64,000 nucleotides of DNA from an uncultured virus (IMG/VR IMGVR_UViG_3300027847_002832) (IMGVR_UViG_3300027847_002832); one strand, 5' to 3'; shown: positions 28,100-37,968, counted from the first letter of the stretch. Notes: generated by a model from the letters alone, not told the origin. Numbers and translations are program-made.

Positions 28100-29155
28100 A
28101 TGGCGATTGATTTTGATCTTTTTCATGATTGGTGCGTTGATCGCTTTGGCGAAACAAACATCAAGCTAAAGCACACTGCTCACGGTGATGAGATCACTAC
28201 GCATTCGTTCTTTGCTTTGGATTTGCTTGGAAAAGATGATCGCAAATATCACTTGTGGATGAACACAGAAGGTGGGAAAAAGAGACTTGATGGCGGTGCT
28301 TATCGTTGTTGGCTGACGGATTCAATGGGATCTTTAATTTCTTTAGTATCAAAAGTTGATGGCGTCACTTATGAAGAAGCAGAAGAAACCATTACAGGAA
28401 CAACTTCTCTTCGTTCTTTAGAAAAGAAAGTTGATGAATTTTTCGGTCACAAATCTGAAGTTGATGATATGCAGCCAGTTATCATCGAAGCCGAAGAAAT
28501 TGTGTTGCCCGATTATTGCTTTAAGATCGATAACATGTCAGCAAGTAATCGATGGCGAGTGCGAGCTAGAAGATATCTGGATGAGAGAAAAATACCAACA
28601 GATGGATTATATGTTTGCACTGGTGGAGACTTCGAGAATCGCATCATAGTTCCCTACTACGATAGAGAGGGAAAGCTGGTATTCTTCAATGGTCGTACAA
28701 TGAGCACGAGCAAAAAAGCGTTGCGTTACATGAAGCTCATAGAAGGTGATCAAGAAAGCGTCTTATACATGACATCTTGGCCTGCTCCGGGGTCTAAGAT
28801 TTACATCATGGAAGGTGAGTTTGACGCTATCGCTCTCAAGTTGTGTAATCTTATTGGATGTGCTGTTGGCGGCAAGTATTTATCGGATACTCAAATTGAA
28901 TTGATCCGTGGATACAAACCAGTGCTTGTCTTTGATGCAGACGAGTCTGGACTAGAAGCTCTTGTCAATGTTGGAAACACTCTTCTTGAAAGAGGATTCC
29001 ATGGACTAAGATATGTAAGACCGCCCAAAGTTTATAAGGATTGGAATAAGCTTCTTGTTAAAAGAAACACCCAAACCGTGAAAGCTTATATCGACAGATT
29101 TGAAAAACCATTCACTGCTATGACTGGTGATCTTCTTCTTTCGGATCGACTTTAA
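28100..29155 (+). CDS. DNA primase, TOPRIM (gp61-like)
   Basis: RIIVPYY...FFNGR, YIMEGEFDA, VFDADESG, KDWN. Confidence 0.88.
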   Translation: MAIDFDLFHDWCVDRFGETNIKLKHTAHGDEITTHSFFALDLLGKDDRKYHLWMNTEGGKKRLDGGAYRCWLTDSMGSLISLVSKVDGVTYEEAEETITGTTSLRSLEKKVDEFFGHKSEVDDMQPVIIEAEEIVLPDYCFKIDNMSASNRWRVRARRYLDERKIPTDGLYVCTGGDFENRIIVPYYDREGKLVFFNGRTMSTSKKALRYMKLIEGDQESVLYMTSWPAPGSKIYIMEGEFDAIALKLCNLIGCAVGGKYLSDTQIELIRGYKPVLVFDADESGLEALVNVGNTLLERGFHGLRYVRPPKVYKDWNKLLVKRNTQTVKAYIDRFEKPFTAMTGDLLLSDRL

Positions 29156-29399
29156 CTTCTTCTGGCATTTTCATTTCAATGTGACCGTTATCGATTAGCC
29201 ATTGGAAGTCTTCTCTGCTCACATATTTGACGCCATCAGCTTGCCACATAGGCACCTTGGCTGTCTCTGTGGGTTCTGAATGATATTGGGGAGTATGGAC
29301 TGGTGTTCCAAGTCCATATTTTTTTCTCCCACCTTTTTTAAGTCTTTGAGCCATTTTATCCTTTCTTGCAATCGCAACCTTCGCAATCACAGTTTTCAC
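29118..29399 (-). CDS. Hypothetical protein
   Basis: 93-aa ORF; the true start is uncertain. Confidence 0.45.
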   Translation of the reverse strand: MKTVIAKVAIARKDKMAQRLKKGGRKKYGLGTPVHTPQYHSEPTETAKVPMWQADGVKYVSREDFQWLIDNGHIEMKMPEEVKVDPKEEDHQS

Positions 29400-29532
29400 A
29401 TGTGCAGTTCACACAATCTCCATCAACACAATTTTTGCATTTGCACGAACAGTCGTTACTCATATCTACATCTTTCATAATATCTCCTTTTTGTTAGTCT
29501 AATTTATTTACGCTTCGCACTCTAATATTCAC

Positions 29533-30024
29533 ATGAATGGTAGAACCCTTGAAAAAATGCAATACTTCGTAGGCAAGGTTTGCAGCATTGTCACATCTTC
29601 AATGAATCGTGCTTTTGATGAACAAGTAAACCGAGAGCATTTTGTTATCATGGTAGAAGAGTTAGGTGCAGATGGTATTTGGGGAACGCATCCATATAAT
29701 GATGAGCTTGTGACTTTTTTCGCTATGTCTCATGTTATTTCAGTTCATGAAGAATTTGAACTTGATCCGAACAATCCAGAACATGCTTCTATGATTAAAG
29801 AATACGAAGACAAAAGTGGCAACAAGCTTGAAGGGGATATTAAAAGCACATCCGTTCCTGCCCCTAAGTCGTCAAGTGGTTTAGATATCATTGACCAAAA
29901 AGGAACGCCCTTGCCTGAAACAAATTCAGACGAGGGCGGTATGACTTTTGTTGATATTGCTAGTCTTGAAAGGCTCGCCGATCATACAAAGAAAAGTTTT
30001 ACTGCTAAAGAGATTTTATCCTAA
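29533..30024 (+). CDS. Hypothetical protein with possible Sm/LSm-like N-terminal fold
   Basis: YFVGKVCSIV...FVIMVEE...GIW...TFFAMSHVISV pattern. Confidence 0.55.
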   Translation: MNGRTLEKMQYFVGKVCSIVTSSMNRAFDEQVNREHFVIMVEELGADGIWGTHPYNDELVTFFAMSHVISVHEEFELDPNNPEHASMIKEYEDKSGNKLEGDIKSTSVPAPKSSSGLDIIDQKGTPLPETNSDEGGMTFVDIASLERLADHTKKSFTAKEILS

Positions 30025-32769
30025 GATTGTCTCTCTTTGTTTCTTGTATTTTGACTTGCCCATTTTGCTAGATTCTTTAAGTTGCTTCTTGAGCCTATTC
30101 ACCTTATGGGAAAATGATTCAATTGGCATGTATTCATCTTCATTTGGATCGTTCATCATTTCATCTGACGCATCTCCAGATAACTCTTCTTCTGCTTCTT
30201 CTAGTTCTACGTTTAGTGAGGTCGCTAAATCTGATTTTTGGCCTGATCTAATCAGTGACATCATGTCTTTCCACATTTCATTTGGATCTCCTCCTGTGGT
30301 TCTCATATCATCTTCTACACTTTGCAACATGGCATCAACGAGTTCTTGGTCTTTTTCAGCAGCGAGTTCGCCCATGGGGTCATTTGGGTCTCTTTGGTCA
30401 TACATTTTGTCTGCCAAAGCTATCATGGCAGTTTCTTGAGAATTGGATTCTGCTGCCCAATCGATTGCATCGAAATAAGGGTCTCCCTTTATTGCTGACG
30501 AGATGTCATCAGATTGCGAAGTCAACTCTGCATCTAAATCATCGTCTCCGATTTCATCGAAATCATCATCGTTGACTTCAGGTTCGTCTGTTATAGAACC
30601 TTGATTGAGTCCGGGATTAGTTAAATCATCTGGAACTCCACGATCAACTGATGGAGCTAAATCTGTATCTTCAGGACCAGCCGTGTCTAACTCTGCTTCT
30701 AGTCCCTTTGAAAGTGGAAGAGATCCTTCTGGTCGCCCTTCTCTCTCAATGTTATTGAGTTGCGCTGCTCTTCTTCCGGGCGATGTTCCGGGTGGAGCTT
30801 CTTCAACTGGTGGAGCTTCTTCAACTGGTGGAGCTTCAGTGGCTATTCCATTTTTTGCGGCATATTTTTCTGTTGTGCTAATTGCCGAATCTACAGTCAT
30901 TCCTTTTTCTTTTACGAAATGATTGATGGCATTTGATACATCTTTTTGTGTTGGAGCATGTACTGCATCTGGAGAAGTAATCATTTTTCTAAAGGCATCA
31001 TAAAGCCCACTGTCATTAAGTGCTCCAACTACACTTTTTACAGTTGTTCTTTCAGGCTGCTCTTCTGGAAGTGTGTCATCTGGAATAGCTTCTTGGCTTG
31101 CATCTTGAGCCGTTATGTGTCCTGCTGGATTCTCTGCGGCAGCTACAACAGGGTCTATTTCCGCTCCGCTGCGAGTTGATTGTTGTGGTGTAACGAAGTT
31201 TGGATTTTCATCTCTAACTTCTCCAGCAGCTTCTCCATTAGGGTCTTCTGGAAGGCCGGATGGCTCCATTGGGTCTTTTGGTTTTCTTACCGTTGGTATT
31301 TTTGTAGGCATCTGCAAATCTGGATTTATAGCCAGTCCTACTTGTTGTAATAATGATCGTCCAAATTTGTCCCAAGATGGATTTCCTCTTTCTGAAGAAG
31401 TTCCTAAAATCTTTGATATTTCTTTAGCCATGGCATTTCGAGATTTTTGTGTTGCCCCTTCACGTCCACGATATCTTTCTAGTATTTCCCCCAACGGTGG
31501 ATTATATTTTCCAATTGCTTTTCTTAACTCAGAATTACCGACTATTTTTTCTAACATACTGGGAACTTCTTTTTGTAACTTAGTGCCCTTTTCATATGCT
31601 GGAATACCTAGTGCTTCTGCTCCTGCGTCTGCTATAGATGCCATTTTTTTATTATAAGCACGTGCTCCCAAAGCAGGTCCAGCGACTCTTTCTTGATCAA
31701 CTTCTCCGGGAATAGAGTCATCTGGAATTGCTGTATCGCTGGCACCAATTGGCATAGTAGGAACTGCACCCGGATCTTCATCCGGCACAGCGTCTCCTGT
31801 TATGGGATCAATTTCATCTCCTAGCTCTTCTGAAGAACTTGGAACACTTGGTGCTCCCGGCATTCCAATATTTGTATCGATGTATCCAAGCATGTTCTTT
31901 TCAAAGTCTACAAGCAGTGGCTCTATTTGATCCCAGTTTTCTGTAATGATCTGCTCAACACTTTCTCTCTTCATGTGTTTGCCCATCTCACGTGTTGGAT
32001 CATTATGCCAGATTCTTCTAAGGGGACGAGTTGCTCTTCTAGCAAGTCTACCCATACCAGACCAAAATCCGTCTTTGGGTCTTAGCTTTCCGTAATTTGC
32101 TGGTTGGGCTCCACCTTGATCTGGTCGAGAATCTCCCTTGTAGTCACTCCAATTTGGATAATGACCACCGCCACCACCACCGGCTGCGGCTGCTGCGGGA
32201 GGTGTGTGGTCGCCAACTTGCAGATTGTCTGCTGATCCCATTGGAGCACCACCGCCACCAGCACTTCCGTTTCCAGAACTATGAGCGGCAGCAGGAGTAG
32301 GAGAGTCAACAGCAGGAGCTTCAGCAGAACCACCATCATGCGACGTAGATGCCACTGGGCCAGCAGCACCATTTTCAGGATTCAAGATAGCCCTGATCTG
32401 GTCACGAAGTTCTGACATCATTCGCTTGACTTCTTCAACTAATTTCGCTTTGAAGTTGTCCATGTCAGCCATTGGAGAGGCTGCTGCCATGTCTACTTCC
32501 ATCATAAGTTCGTCATGAAAATGAAGCTTATGTAGGTGAATTAACTCTTCAATAAAAGCTCTGTTGTATTGAAAGTCTTCTTCAACAAACAGATTGTACT
32601 CTGCTCGTTCTGCCATGCCAGCCCCTTCAGAAAGGACTTGTGGCAATTTAATGGCTTCTAAAAGCTCTAATCTTAGAATCTCAAAGTGCTTTTTGACACC
32701 TTCTTTAAGACAAACATCTTTGATGGTTTCTTTAAGCTGTTCTTTTCTATAATCTGCGAAACTTAGCAT
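30016..32769 (-). CDS. 917-aa acidic low-complexity protein, candidate internal head protein
   Basis: N-terminus MLSFADYRKEQLKE; long Pro/Gly/Ala/Asp/Glu-rich stretches; GGAGAGG RBS. Confidence 0.7.
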   Translation of the reverse strand: MLSFADYRKEQLKETIKDVCLKEGVKKHFEILRLELLEAIKLPQVLSEGAGMAERAEYNLFVEEDFQYNRAFIEELIHLHKLHFHDELMMEVDMAAASPMADMDNFKAKLVEEVKRMMSELRDQIRAILNPENGAAGPVASTSHDGGSAEAPAVDSPTPAAAHSSGNGSAGGGGAPMGSADNLQVGDHTPPAAAAAGGGGGGHYPNWSDYKGDSRPDQGGAQPANYGKLRPKDGFWSGMGRLARRATRPLRRIWHNDPTREMGKHMKRESVEQIITENWDQIEPLLVDFEKNMLGYIDTNIGMPGAPSVPSSSEELGDEIDPITGDAVPDEDPGAVPTMPIGASDTAIPDDSIPGEVDQERVAGPALGARAYNKKMASIADAGAEALGIPAYEKGTKLQKEVPSMLEKIVGNSELRKAIGKYNPPLGEILERYRGREGATQKSRNAMAKEISKILGTSSERGNPSWDKFGRSLLQQVGLAINPDLQMPTKIPTVRKPKDPMEPSGLPEDPNGEAAGEVRDENPNFVTPQQSTRSGAEIDPVVAAAENPAGHITAQDASQEAIPDDTLPEEQPERTTVKSVVGALNDSGLYDAFRKMITSPDAVHAPTQKDVSNAINHFVKEKGMTVDSAISTTEKYAAKNGIATEAPPVEEAPPVEEAPPGTSPGRRAAQLNNIEREGRPEGSLPLSKGLEAELDTAGPEDTDLAPSVDRGVPDDLTNPGLNQGSITDEPEVNDDDFDEIGDDDLDAELTSQSDDISSAIKGDPYFDAIDWAAESNSQETAMIALADKMYDQRDPNDPMGELAAEKDQELVDAMLQSVEDDMRTTGGDPNEMWKDMMSLIRSGQKSDLATSLNVELEEAEEELSGDASDEMMNDPNEDEYMPIESFSHKVNRLKKQLKESSKMGKSKYKKQRETILG
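30791..30837. repeat. 18-bp tandem repeat (about 2.6 copies) encoding EAPPVE
   Basis: GGTGGAGCTTCTTCAACT twice plus a partial copy. Confidence 0.9.
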
Positions 32770-32821
32770 TTGACCTCTCCTGCGCTATCTTGATAACGTA
32801 TATACGAAAATGGAAGTCAAA

Positions 32822-33304
32822 TTACTTGACCGGCATGTAATCGCCGATTTTCTTCAACGCCATAAGATTTGAGTCGTATGTCTGAAATGGACTGGGCAAA
32901 TAAGTGTAAGAAAGTCTCTCAAATTCTTCACTTTTTCCTTCTGGATGTTCAAAATAGACGAACTTGCCCTTTTTACCAACTACCTTTACTCCAAGGCTGT
33001 TGTCATTGTATTCTTTCATTAACAAATAAGCACCAACTCCCAAATCAGTGACGCACTTATGTAAATTATCATCTAGGTCCACTGGAACGTATTCATTGAT
33101 CTTCTTTAAGAACATCAAACATGAATCAAATGTGTAAAAGTCATTTGGTGGTTGATATTCAAAAATAAGCCTATCAAATTCTTTGACTTCATCTTCAGAA
33201 TTACATTCGAAATAAATAGACCTTCCTCTTTTTCCTACTGGGGAAAATCCGTGCATCAAAATATAAGCCGCTACTCCTAAGTCGTTCACAAACTTGTGAT
33301 CCAT
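32822..33304 (-). CDS. Protein of two tandem DUF5659-like domains
   Basis: Internal duplication DLGVAAYILM...VGKRG...YFE / DLGVGAYLLM...VGKKG...YFE. Confidence 0.7.
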   Translation of the reverse strand: MDHKFVNDLGVAAYILMHGFSPVGKRGRSIYFECNSEDEVKEFDRLIFEYQPPNDFYTFDSCLMFLKKINEYVPVDLDDNLHKCVTDLGVGAYLLMKEYNDNSLGVKVVGKKGKFVYFEHPEGKSEEFERLSYTYLPSPFQTYDSNLMALKKIGDYMPVK

Positions 33305-33308
33305 TCTT

Positions 33309-33530
33309 TTATCCTTTCAATAAGCACTGAGCATAAACTCCTTGTGCATGTTCTAATTCTGTTCTATAGATATGGAATGCCGCTTCCATCTCTACGTAAT
33401 CTTCTCTTAAAAGAGGCATTTCCTCATTATATACTTCGTCCCAGACAAGCGGCACACGTACATGATTGTCTTTGATTTCCATCCAATACTGTCTGGATTC
33501 TAAATTTTTACGCAGCCAGAAGTTTTGCAT
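33309..33530 (-). CDS. Small hypothetical protein
   Basis: 73-aa ORF in an operon-like arrangement. Confidence 0.55.
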   Translation of the reverse strand: MQNFWLRKNLESRQYWMEIKDNHVRVPLVWDEVYNEEMPLLREDYVEMEAAFHIYRTELEHAQGVYAQCLLKG

Positions 33531-33601
33531 TTTTCGATCCTTCCGCCAAATATTGGCCCAAGCCTTTTCTTGATAATCTTAGATATGATGTTTACTGGTT
33601 A

Positions 33602-34624
33602 TTAAGGATTTCCTCCAGCATTTTCCGCTGCCACCAAGCACCCTTGGGCCACGGAGTAAAGAGGCTTCTCTGGCCGAATGACTTTACCAAGATCAGCAGA
33701 GATGCCTGCGCTGTGCAACATTTTGTCAAACAGCGTGTCAAATCCCGGAGGACTTGATGTTCCGCCAGCTACCACAATGTCAATTGGGCTATCAAGTCGT
33801 GCTTGTTTGTCTTTGTTTTCTTCAAGACCTTTTTTGATACCGCCAACCGTTCTTTCGATCATTAACTCGTATTGAGTTTTGATAGCACGCTCAACAAGAT
33901 TTTGAGGTTCGGCTCCCAGATCGATCTTCTCTTTCTCATGGTTAATGAAAGCAATGCTTTCGCCAGTTGCCTTGGCAGCTTGTTTGTCAATCCAGTCACC
34001 GGAGTTGACCAAAGCAAAGCTAAAGACTTCTGCACCATAGAGTGAGAAGGCTACGTTGACCATGCCTGCACCGCAAGAAATGCCAATGCCTGTAAACATC
34101 TTGTCAGCTAACTCAGAGTAAACTAGAGCCATGCCTTCGTTGATCGGTCGAGGGTCAACTTTCCAGCCTTCTTTTGTTTCAAAAGCATTGAAGATAGCTT
34201 CAAGAAGCTTTCTGTGATAATCGGCATCGGTCTCTTCGTTGATGGCATTAGCCGGTACTGAATAATAAAGAAGCTCTCCATCTTTGGAGACTTCATCTAG
34301 CAGACTGTGTATCATGATGTTCATGATTTGGAAAGCATCTTGTTCTTTCGGGTTTACGCATCCGTCTTTCATAGGACGTTTAAGATCGACCTTGTTCATG
34401 GTGTAAGCCATTTTCAAGGCAGCATCTCCAAGAGCGTAAGCCACATTTGCATCATCATTGCGGATCAAAGGCACGCCAGCCTGCTTCATCATGTTGAATA
34501 CGAAATCGTTATCCAACGGCATTTCCAAGAATGCGTTAACTTCTCTTTTGTAGGAGAAGTTAGACTCATCTGTGCGTTTGCAAACTACTAAATTATATGT
34601 TCCGATATCGGCTCCAATTGCCAT
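33602..34624 (-). CDS. Actin-fold ATPase (MreB/ParM/MamK-like superfamily)
   Basis: Phosphate-1 IGADIGTYN, connect-1 INEGMA, phosphate-2 GISCGAGMVN, adenosine VVAGGTS, connect-2 SVAQGCL. Confidence 0.85.
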   Translation of the reverse strand: MAIGADIGTYNLVVCKRTDESNFSYKREVNAFLEMPLDNDFVFNMMKQAGVPLIRNDDANVAYALGDAALKMAYTMNKVDLKRPMKDGCVNPKEQDAFQIMNIMIHSLLDEVSKDGELLYYSVPANAINEETDADYHRKLLEAIFNAFETKEGWKVDPRPINEGMALVYSELADKMFTGIGISCGAGMVNVAFSLYGAEVFSFALVNSGDWIDKQAAKATGESIAFINHEKEKIDLGAEPQNLVERAIKTQYELMIERTVGGIKKGLEENKDKQARLDSPIDIVVAGGTSSPPGFDTLFDKMLHSAGISADLGKVIRPEKPLYSVAQGCLVAAENAGGNP

Positions 34625-35386
34625 TTATGCTCCTTTTCTCATTGCTATTTCGCTCATGAGTTGTTTGGTTTCTTTAGTGTGTTTTTGCCCTTTGCGTTTA
34701 TCGCCGATTCTTTGGCGATGCAGTTCATTAAACTGTCTTACTCCATCTTTATAAACAATTGGAATTACAGGACCACCTGTAATGTTTGTCCAACGTGTCC
34801 CATTAGATATTCTGGTTATTACCGTGCGACTAATTTGGAACAAATCTGCTATTTGTTGATGTGGCTGTCCATTTTTAAGAAGGTCCACTATTTCCAAAAC
34901 CTTTTCTTGTGTTAGTTTGGTTCTTGGATTGTTTCTGACCATTTTTAGACCAACCTCTTTTGAATACTTCTTGCCGTAATTTGGGTTGTTTTTGCCTGTG
35001 TAATTTTCTTTCTTCCACTCTGACATTTTATTTTTTGATTTATCTGTGTGTTTCTTTCCGAAGAACGGATTTCTTTCTCCTTGTAGATCATAAACTTCAA
35101 ACTGTTGATTGTACAAGATTTCTCTCGGATAACTATCAATCCACTCCTGCTCTCTTTTTGTCAATTTCTTTTTTTCACATTCTTCTATGATAAAGAAATC
35201 GAACTGTTCCAAGCCATGTTTGTTGTAACTTCTTTGTAGATGATTGTTTTTGTGTTTGTTGTTCTTCAACTCTGTCTTATGACGAACAAACCTATCACTA
35301 ACATTCACACTTTGCCCCACATACATCTTTCCATTCTTCTTATTTCGTATTCCGTAAATTCCTGTCATGCTACTCCTTTTTGCCAA
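34625..35386 (-). CDS. GIY-YIG homing endonuclease with NUMOD3 and HTH
   Basis: GIYGIRN...YVGQS, REQEWID, NPFFGKKHT, C-terminal HTH. Confidence 0.92.
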   Translation of the reverse strand: MAKRSSMTGIYGIRNKKNGKMYVGQSVNVSDRFVRHKTELKNNKHKNNHLQRSYNKHGLEQFDFFIIEECEKKKLTKREQEWIDSYPREILYNQQFEVYDLQGERNPFFGKKHTDKSKNKMSEWKKENYTGKNNPNYGKKYSKEVGLKMVRNNPRTKLTQEKVLEIVDLLKNGQPHQQIADLFQISRTVITRISNGTRWTNITGGPVIPIVYKDGVRQFNELHRQRIGDKRKGQKHTKETKQLMSEIAMRKGA

Positions 35387-35585
35387 AGTTCAATTTTTTT
35401 GCAGATGAGAAGTCTGGGATAAAGGTTGGCACCTCTTCATCTTCTTCCTTTTGCACAGACACGTCTGCGTTGTTAGCAGCCGCCGTCACAACTCCATCAA
35501 GCGATATGTTGATGTTTAATGTGATTTCAAGCTCCCCGTCACGTGGAACTATCTTTACTTTTGATTTTCTAACGTGTTGTACCAT
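35370..35585 (-). CDS. Small hypothetical protein
   Basis: Likely start MVQHV at 35585. Confidence 0.55.
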   Translation of the reverse strand: MVQHVRKSKVKIVPRDGELEITLNINISLDGVVTAAANNADVSVQKEEDEEVPTFIPDFSSAKKLNFGKKE

Positions 35586-35590
35586 ATCAC

Positions 35591-36607
35591 TTATATAGAG
35601 TCCTGCATTGGCCATTTTTCAAGCATCAAGTCCACCTTATCAAGTATCATGTCTACTGTGATTTCTGTTAGACAAGGTTTTGGATCATTGTCAGTTTTAG
35701 GGCAAGTGCCCCAGTTGTAACACGGGCCACAGGTCCAGTTAGGGTCGTCATCTCTGTGCTTTTGTACTAAGAAAAAGTCAAAGTATTTTCCATAAACATG
35801 ACCATCTACAAAGGTAAATATTCCTACAAGTGGCTTTTTCATTCCACCCGCAGCATGAAATGTCGATGTGTCTACGCTTACCACATAATCTGATTGATCG
35901 ATAACTGCTAGCCATTGTCTTAAATTCAAGTCTGATATGTAAGGAATATCATTTTTTGCCATAACCATAAGAGGGTGATTGTGTATCCCAAATGGACACA
36001 AACCTCTACTCCTCAATCCTTTGACCAATCCTAAAACTTGACTGTCTAAAAGATTTTTGTTGACCATGGCAGAAATAGGAGAAACTAACACTGTTGGCCC
36101 ATCTTTGTCTCTCGCATTTTCAATGAGTCTTTTGCCCTCTTCTTTTTCTTTTTGAGTCAACTGGAAGTGCATGTTGTGTCTTGTTAAATCAATTCCACAA
36201 TGGTTTGCCCATATATCACTTCTATGCGGACCAGAATATGGTGCCAGTCTCATTTCTGTTCTTCCGCAAGCAGTTGTTGTATTGTAAGATAAGATGTATT
36301 TGCTTTTGTCAATTTCTTCAATTGTGAGAACTTTCTCTATCAAAGGATGATCTTTAACTACATCGTGATATTGTTGTGGGCAGGCAAAATGTATTTCAGC
36401 ATCAGGCATTAGAAGCTTAATGTCTTCGAATATCATTCGGTGCATTATGATATCTCCTAATCCTCCCACACTTCGAATCATCAATATCTTATCTCTCTTT
36501 TCGTAAAACTCTTTGAGAGACATTGTTCTGACTATTTTGTCTGGACGCAATCTCTCTTTTCGTTTCCGAAGAATGTCTCTGTATTTATCGCTTCTTAAAA
36601 CTGGCAT
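35591..36607 (-). CDS. Glycosyltransferase family 9 (heptosyltransferase-like)
   Basis: RSVGGLGDI, VSVDTSTFHAAG, C-terminal CGPC...C...C; start MPVLRS at 36607. Confidence 0.85.
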   Translation of the reverse strand: MPVLRSDKYRDILRKRKERLRPDKIVRTMSLKEFYEKRDKILMIRSVGGLGDIIMHRMIFEDIKLLMPDAEIHFACPQQYHDVVKDHPLIEKVLTIEEIDKSKYILSYNTTTACGRTEMRLAPYSGPHRSDIWANHCGIDLTRHNMHFQLTQKEKEEGKRLIENARDKDGPTVLVSPISAMVNKNLLDSQVLGLVKGLRSRGLCPFGIHNHPLMVMAKNDIPYISDLNLRQWLAVIDQSDYVVSVDTSTFHAAGGMKKPLVGIFTFVDGHVYGKYFDFFLVQKHRDDDPNWTCGPCYNWGTCPKTDNDPKPCLTEITVDMILDKVDLMLEKWPMQDSI

Positions 36608-36621
36608 ACTCTTATAAGAGT
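36608..36621. promoter_or_regulatory. Perfect 14-bp palindrome between divergent genes
   Basis: ACTCTTATAAGAGT fills most of the 18-bp gap between ATGs at 36607 (-) and 36626 (+). Confidence 0.55.
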
Positions 36622-36625
36622 GATT

Positions 36626-37162
36626 ATGGCTCATTTCATGCAAAGAAGATTTATACAGTGGGTTAGAAAAATTCGCCCTCAATATTTTGGAGATGTTCGA
36701 GTATTGGACATTGGATCTCAAAATGTCAATGGGACAAATAAACCCATGTTTTATAAGGCCAAAGAGTACATTGGTCTTGATTTGGATTCTGGAGACAATG
36801 TAGATATTGTCTGCAAGGCACACGAATACAATGAGCCAGATGAATCTTTTGATACAATCATTTCAACAGAATGCTTTGAACATGACATGTATATTGAAGA
36901 CACGTTAAAGAATGTTGTAAGGCTACTAAAGCCACATGGCATGTTTGTCTTTACTTGTGCAAATAGAAAAAGACCAGAGCACGGGACATCTGCAACAAGT
37001 CCCGAGGCCAGTCCTTTTACCCTTGACTACTATCGTGGACTCGATGAATGTGATTTTCGTGAAATGATGAATTTAGAAAATGACTTTGAAGAAGTTGTGT
37101 TCCGAGACCAAGAAGAAGATTTGTATTTCTACGGAATCAAAAAGGGAATCAATTACCTGTAG
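36626..37162 (+). CDS. Class I SAM-dependent methyltransferase
   Basis: VLDIGS, YIGLD, FDTIISTECFEHD, LLKPHG. Confidence 0.9.
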   Translation: MAHFMQRRFIQWVRKIRPQYFGDVRVLDIGSQNVNGTNKPMFYKAKEYIGLDLDSGDNVDIVCKAHEYNEPDESFDTIISTECFEHDMYIEDTLKNVVRLLKPHGMFVFTCANRKRPEHGTSATSPEASPFTLDYYRGLDECDFREMMNLENDFEEVVFRDQEEDLYFYGIKKGINYL

Positions 37163-37167
37163 CGCAT

Positions 37168-37200
37168 AAAAAAGGCAAGAGCCCCAAAGGGCTCTTGCCA
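37168..37200 (-). terminator. Rho-independent terminator
   Basis: GGCAAGAGCCC-loop-GGGCTCTTGCC with an A tract on the plus strand (U tract on minus). Confidence 0.85.
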
Positions 37201-37224
37201 ACGTAAATTTCTTAGTCAATCAGA

Positions 37225-37866
37225 TTAGCTGGTGCAGGTAGAACGAATTGAAGCAATCCAACTCGCAGAAGGTGTACCTGAAGCCGATTTTAGTCGAAGC
37301 AGCGTAATTTGAAGGTCGCCAGAGTTAAAGATTTGTGTCTCTCCAGCAAGCAATGTGAATGTGACATTAGTATCAGCATTCAATTCACCAGTGATGGTGA
37401 TAGAACCGTCAAGGTTCTGAACTTGCAAGAAGCTCGCAGGGCCACCGTGTGTTGTAACAAAGTCAATTACTGTGCCGGTGAAGGCAGTCGTAAGAGTCTC
37501 GGTAGCACCAGCAGCATACGTGTTTTCTCCGGGAACGTCACTGTAAATCGAGCCATCATCTGTTACAGTTTCGATGAAAGCAAACTCTGCGGCAACTTGT
37601 GGGAAAGCAAATCGCTTCCAGTAATTGCAATCAGTGAAAGTTTCACCGTCTTTTAGAAGACGATAACTTGCGTTTGGTCCAGCGGCGAACATTTGACGCT
37701 GCAACGAAGCAGCACCAGAAGCGGCATGATCTACTCCAAACGCATCGCCCAGATGACCGTAAGTAGCTGGCGATGAACCAGAACCAGCGGCTAGAGGGTG
37801 AGTCGTTGGATCAAGATCCAATTGCCCTTGTGTCAGATGTTGAAGTCTTACCTTAAATACAGACAT
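37225..37866 (-). CDS. Putative virion structural protein, paralogue A
   Basis: Clear paralogue of 37969..38613 (MSVFKVRLQH, DGETFTDCNYWK.FAFPQV); beta-rich. Confidence 0.65.
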   Translation of the reverse strand: MSVFKVRLQHLTQGQLDLDPTTHPLAAGSGSSPATYGHLGDAFGVDHAASGAASLQRQMFAAGPNASYRLLKDGETFTDCNYWKRFAFPQVAAEFAFIETVTDDGSIYSDVPGENTYAAGATETLTTAFTGTVIDFVTTHGGPASFLQVQNLDGSITITGELNADTNVTFTLLAGETQIFNSGDLQITLLRLKSASGTPSASWIASIRSTCTS

Positions 37867-37894
37867 TTTTGCTCCAAATGTGTCTTAAGTGTTT
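37837..37894. repeat. 58-bp exact direct repeat, copy 1
   Basis: Identical to 38584-38641. Confidence 0.9.
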
Positions 37895-37920
37895 TTGTTC
37901 CGTCCGTTTAATTATCTATG

Positions 37921-37947
37921 CTTGGCTTCTTACTTTAAGAAGCCAAG
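37921..37947. other. Intergenic hairpin between the paralogues
   Basis: CTTGGCTTCTTA-CTT-TAAGAAGCCAAG. Confidence 0.7.
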
Positions 37948-37968
37948 TTTGTACAAACATGTACCGTC

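Noticed and set aside
29948..31657. Long antisense ORFs opposite the 917-aa gene (and similar shadow ORFs elsewhere)
   Set aside because: Explained as shadows of low-complexity coding sequence on the other strand.
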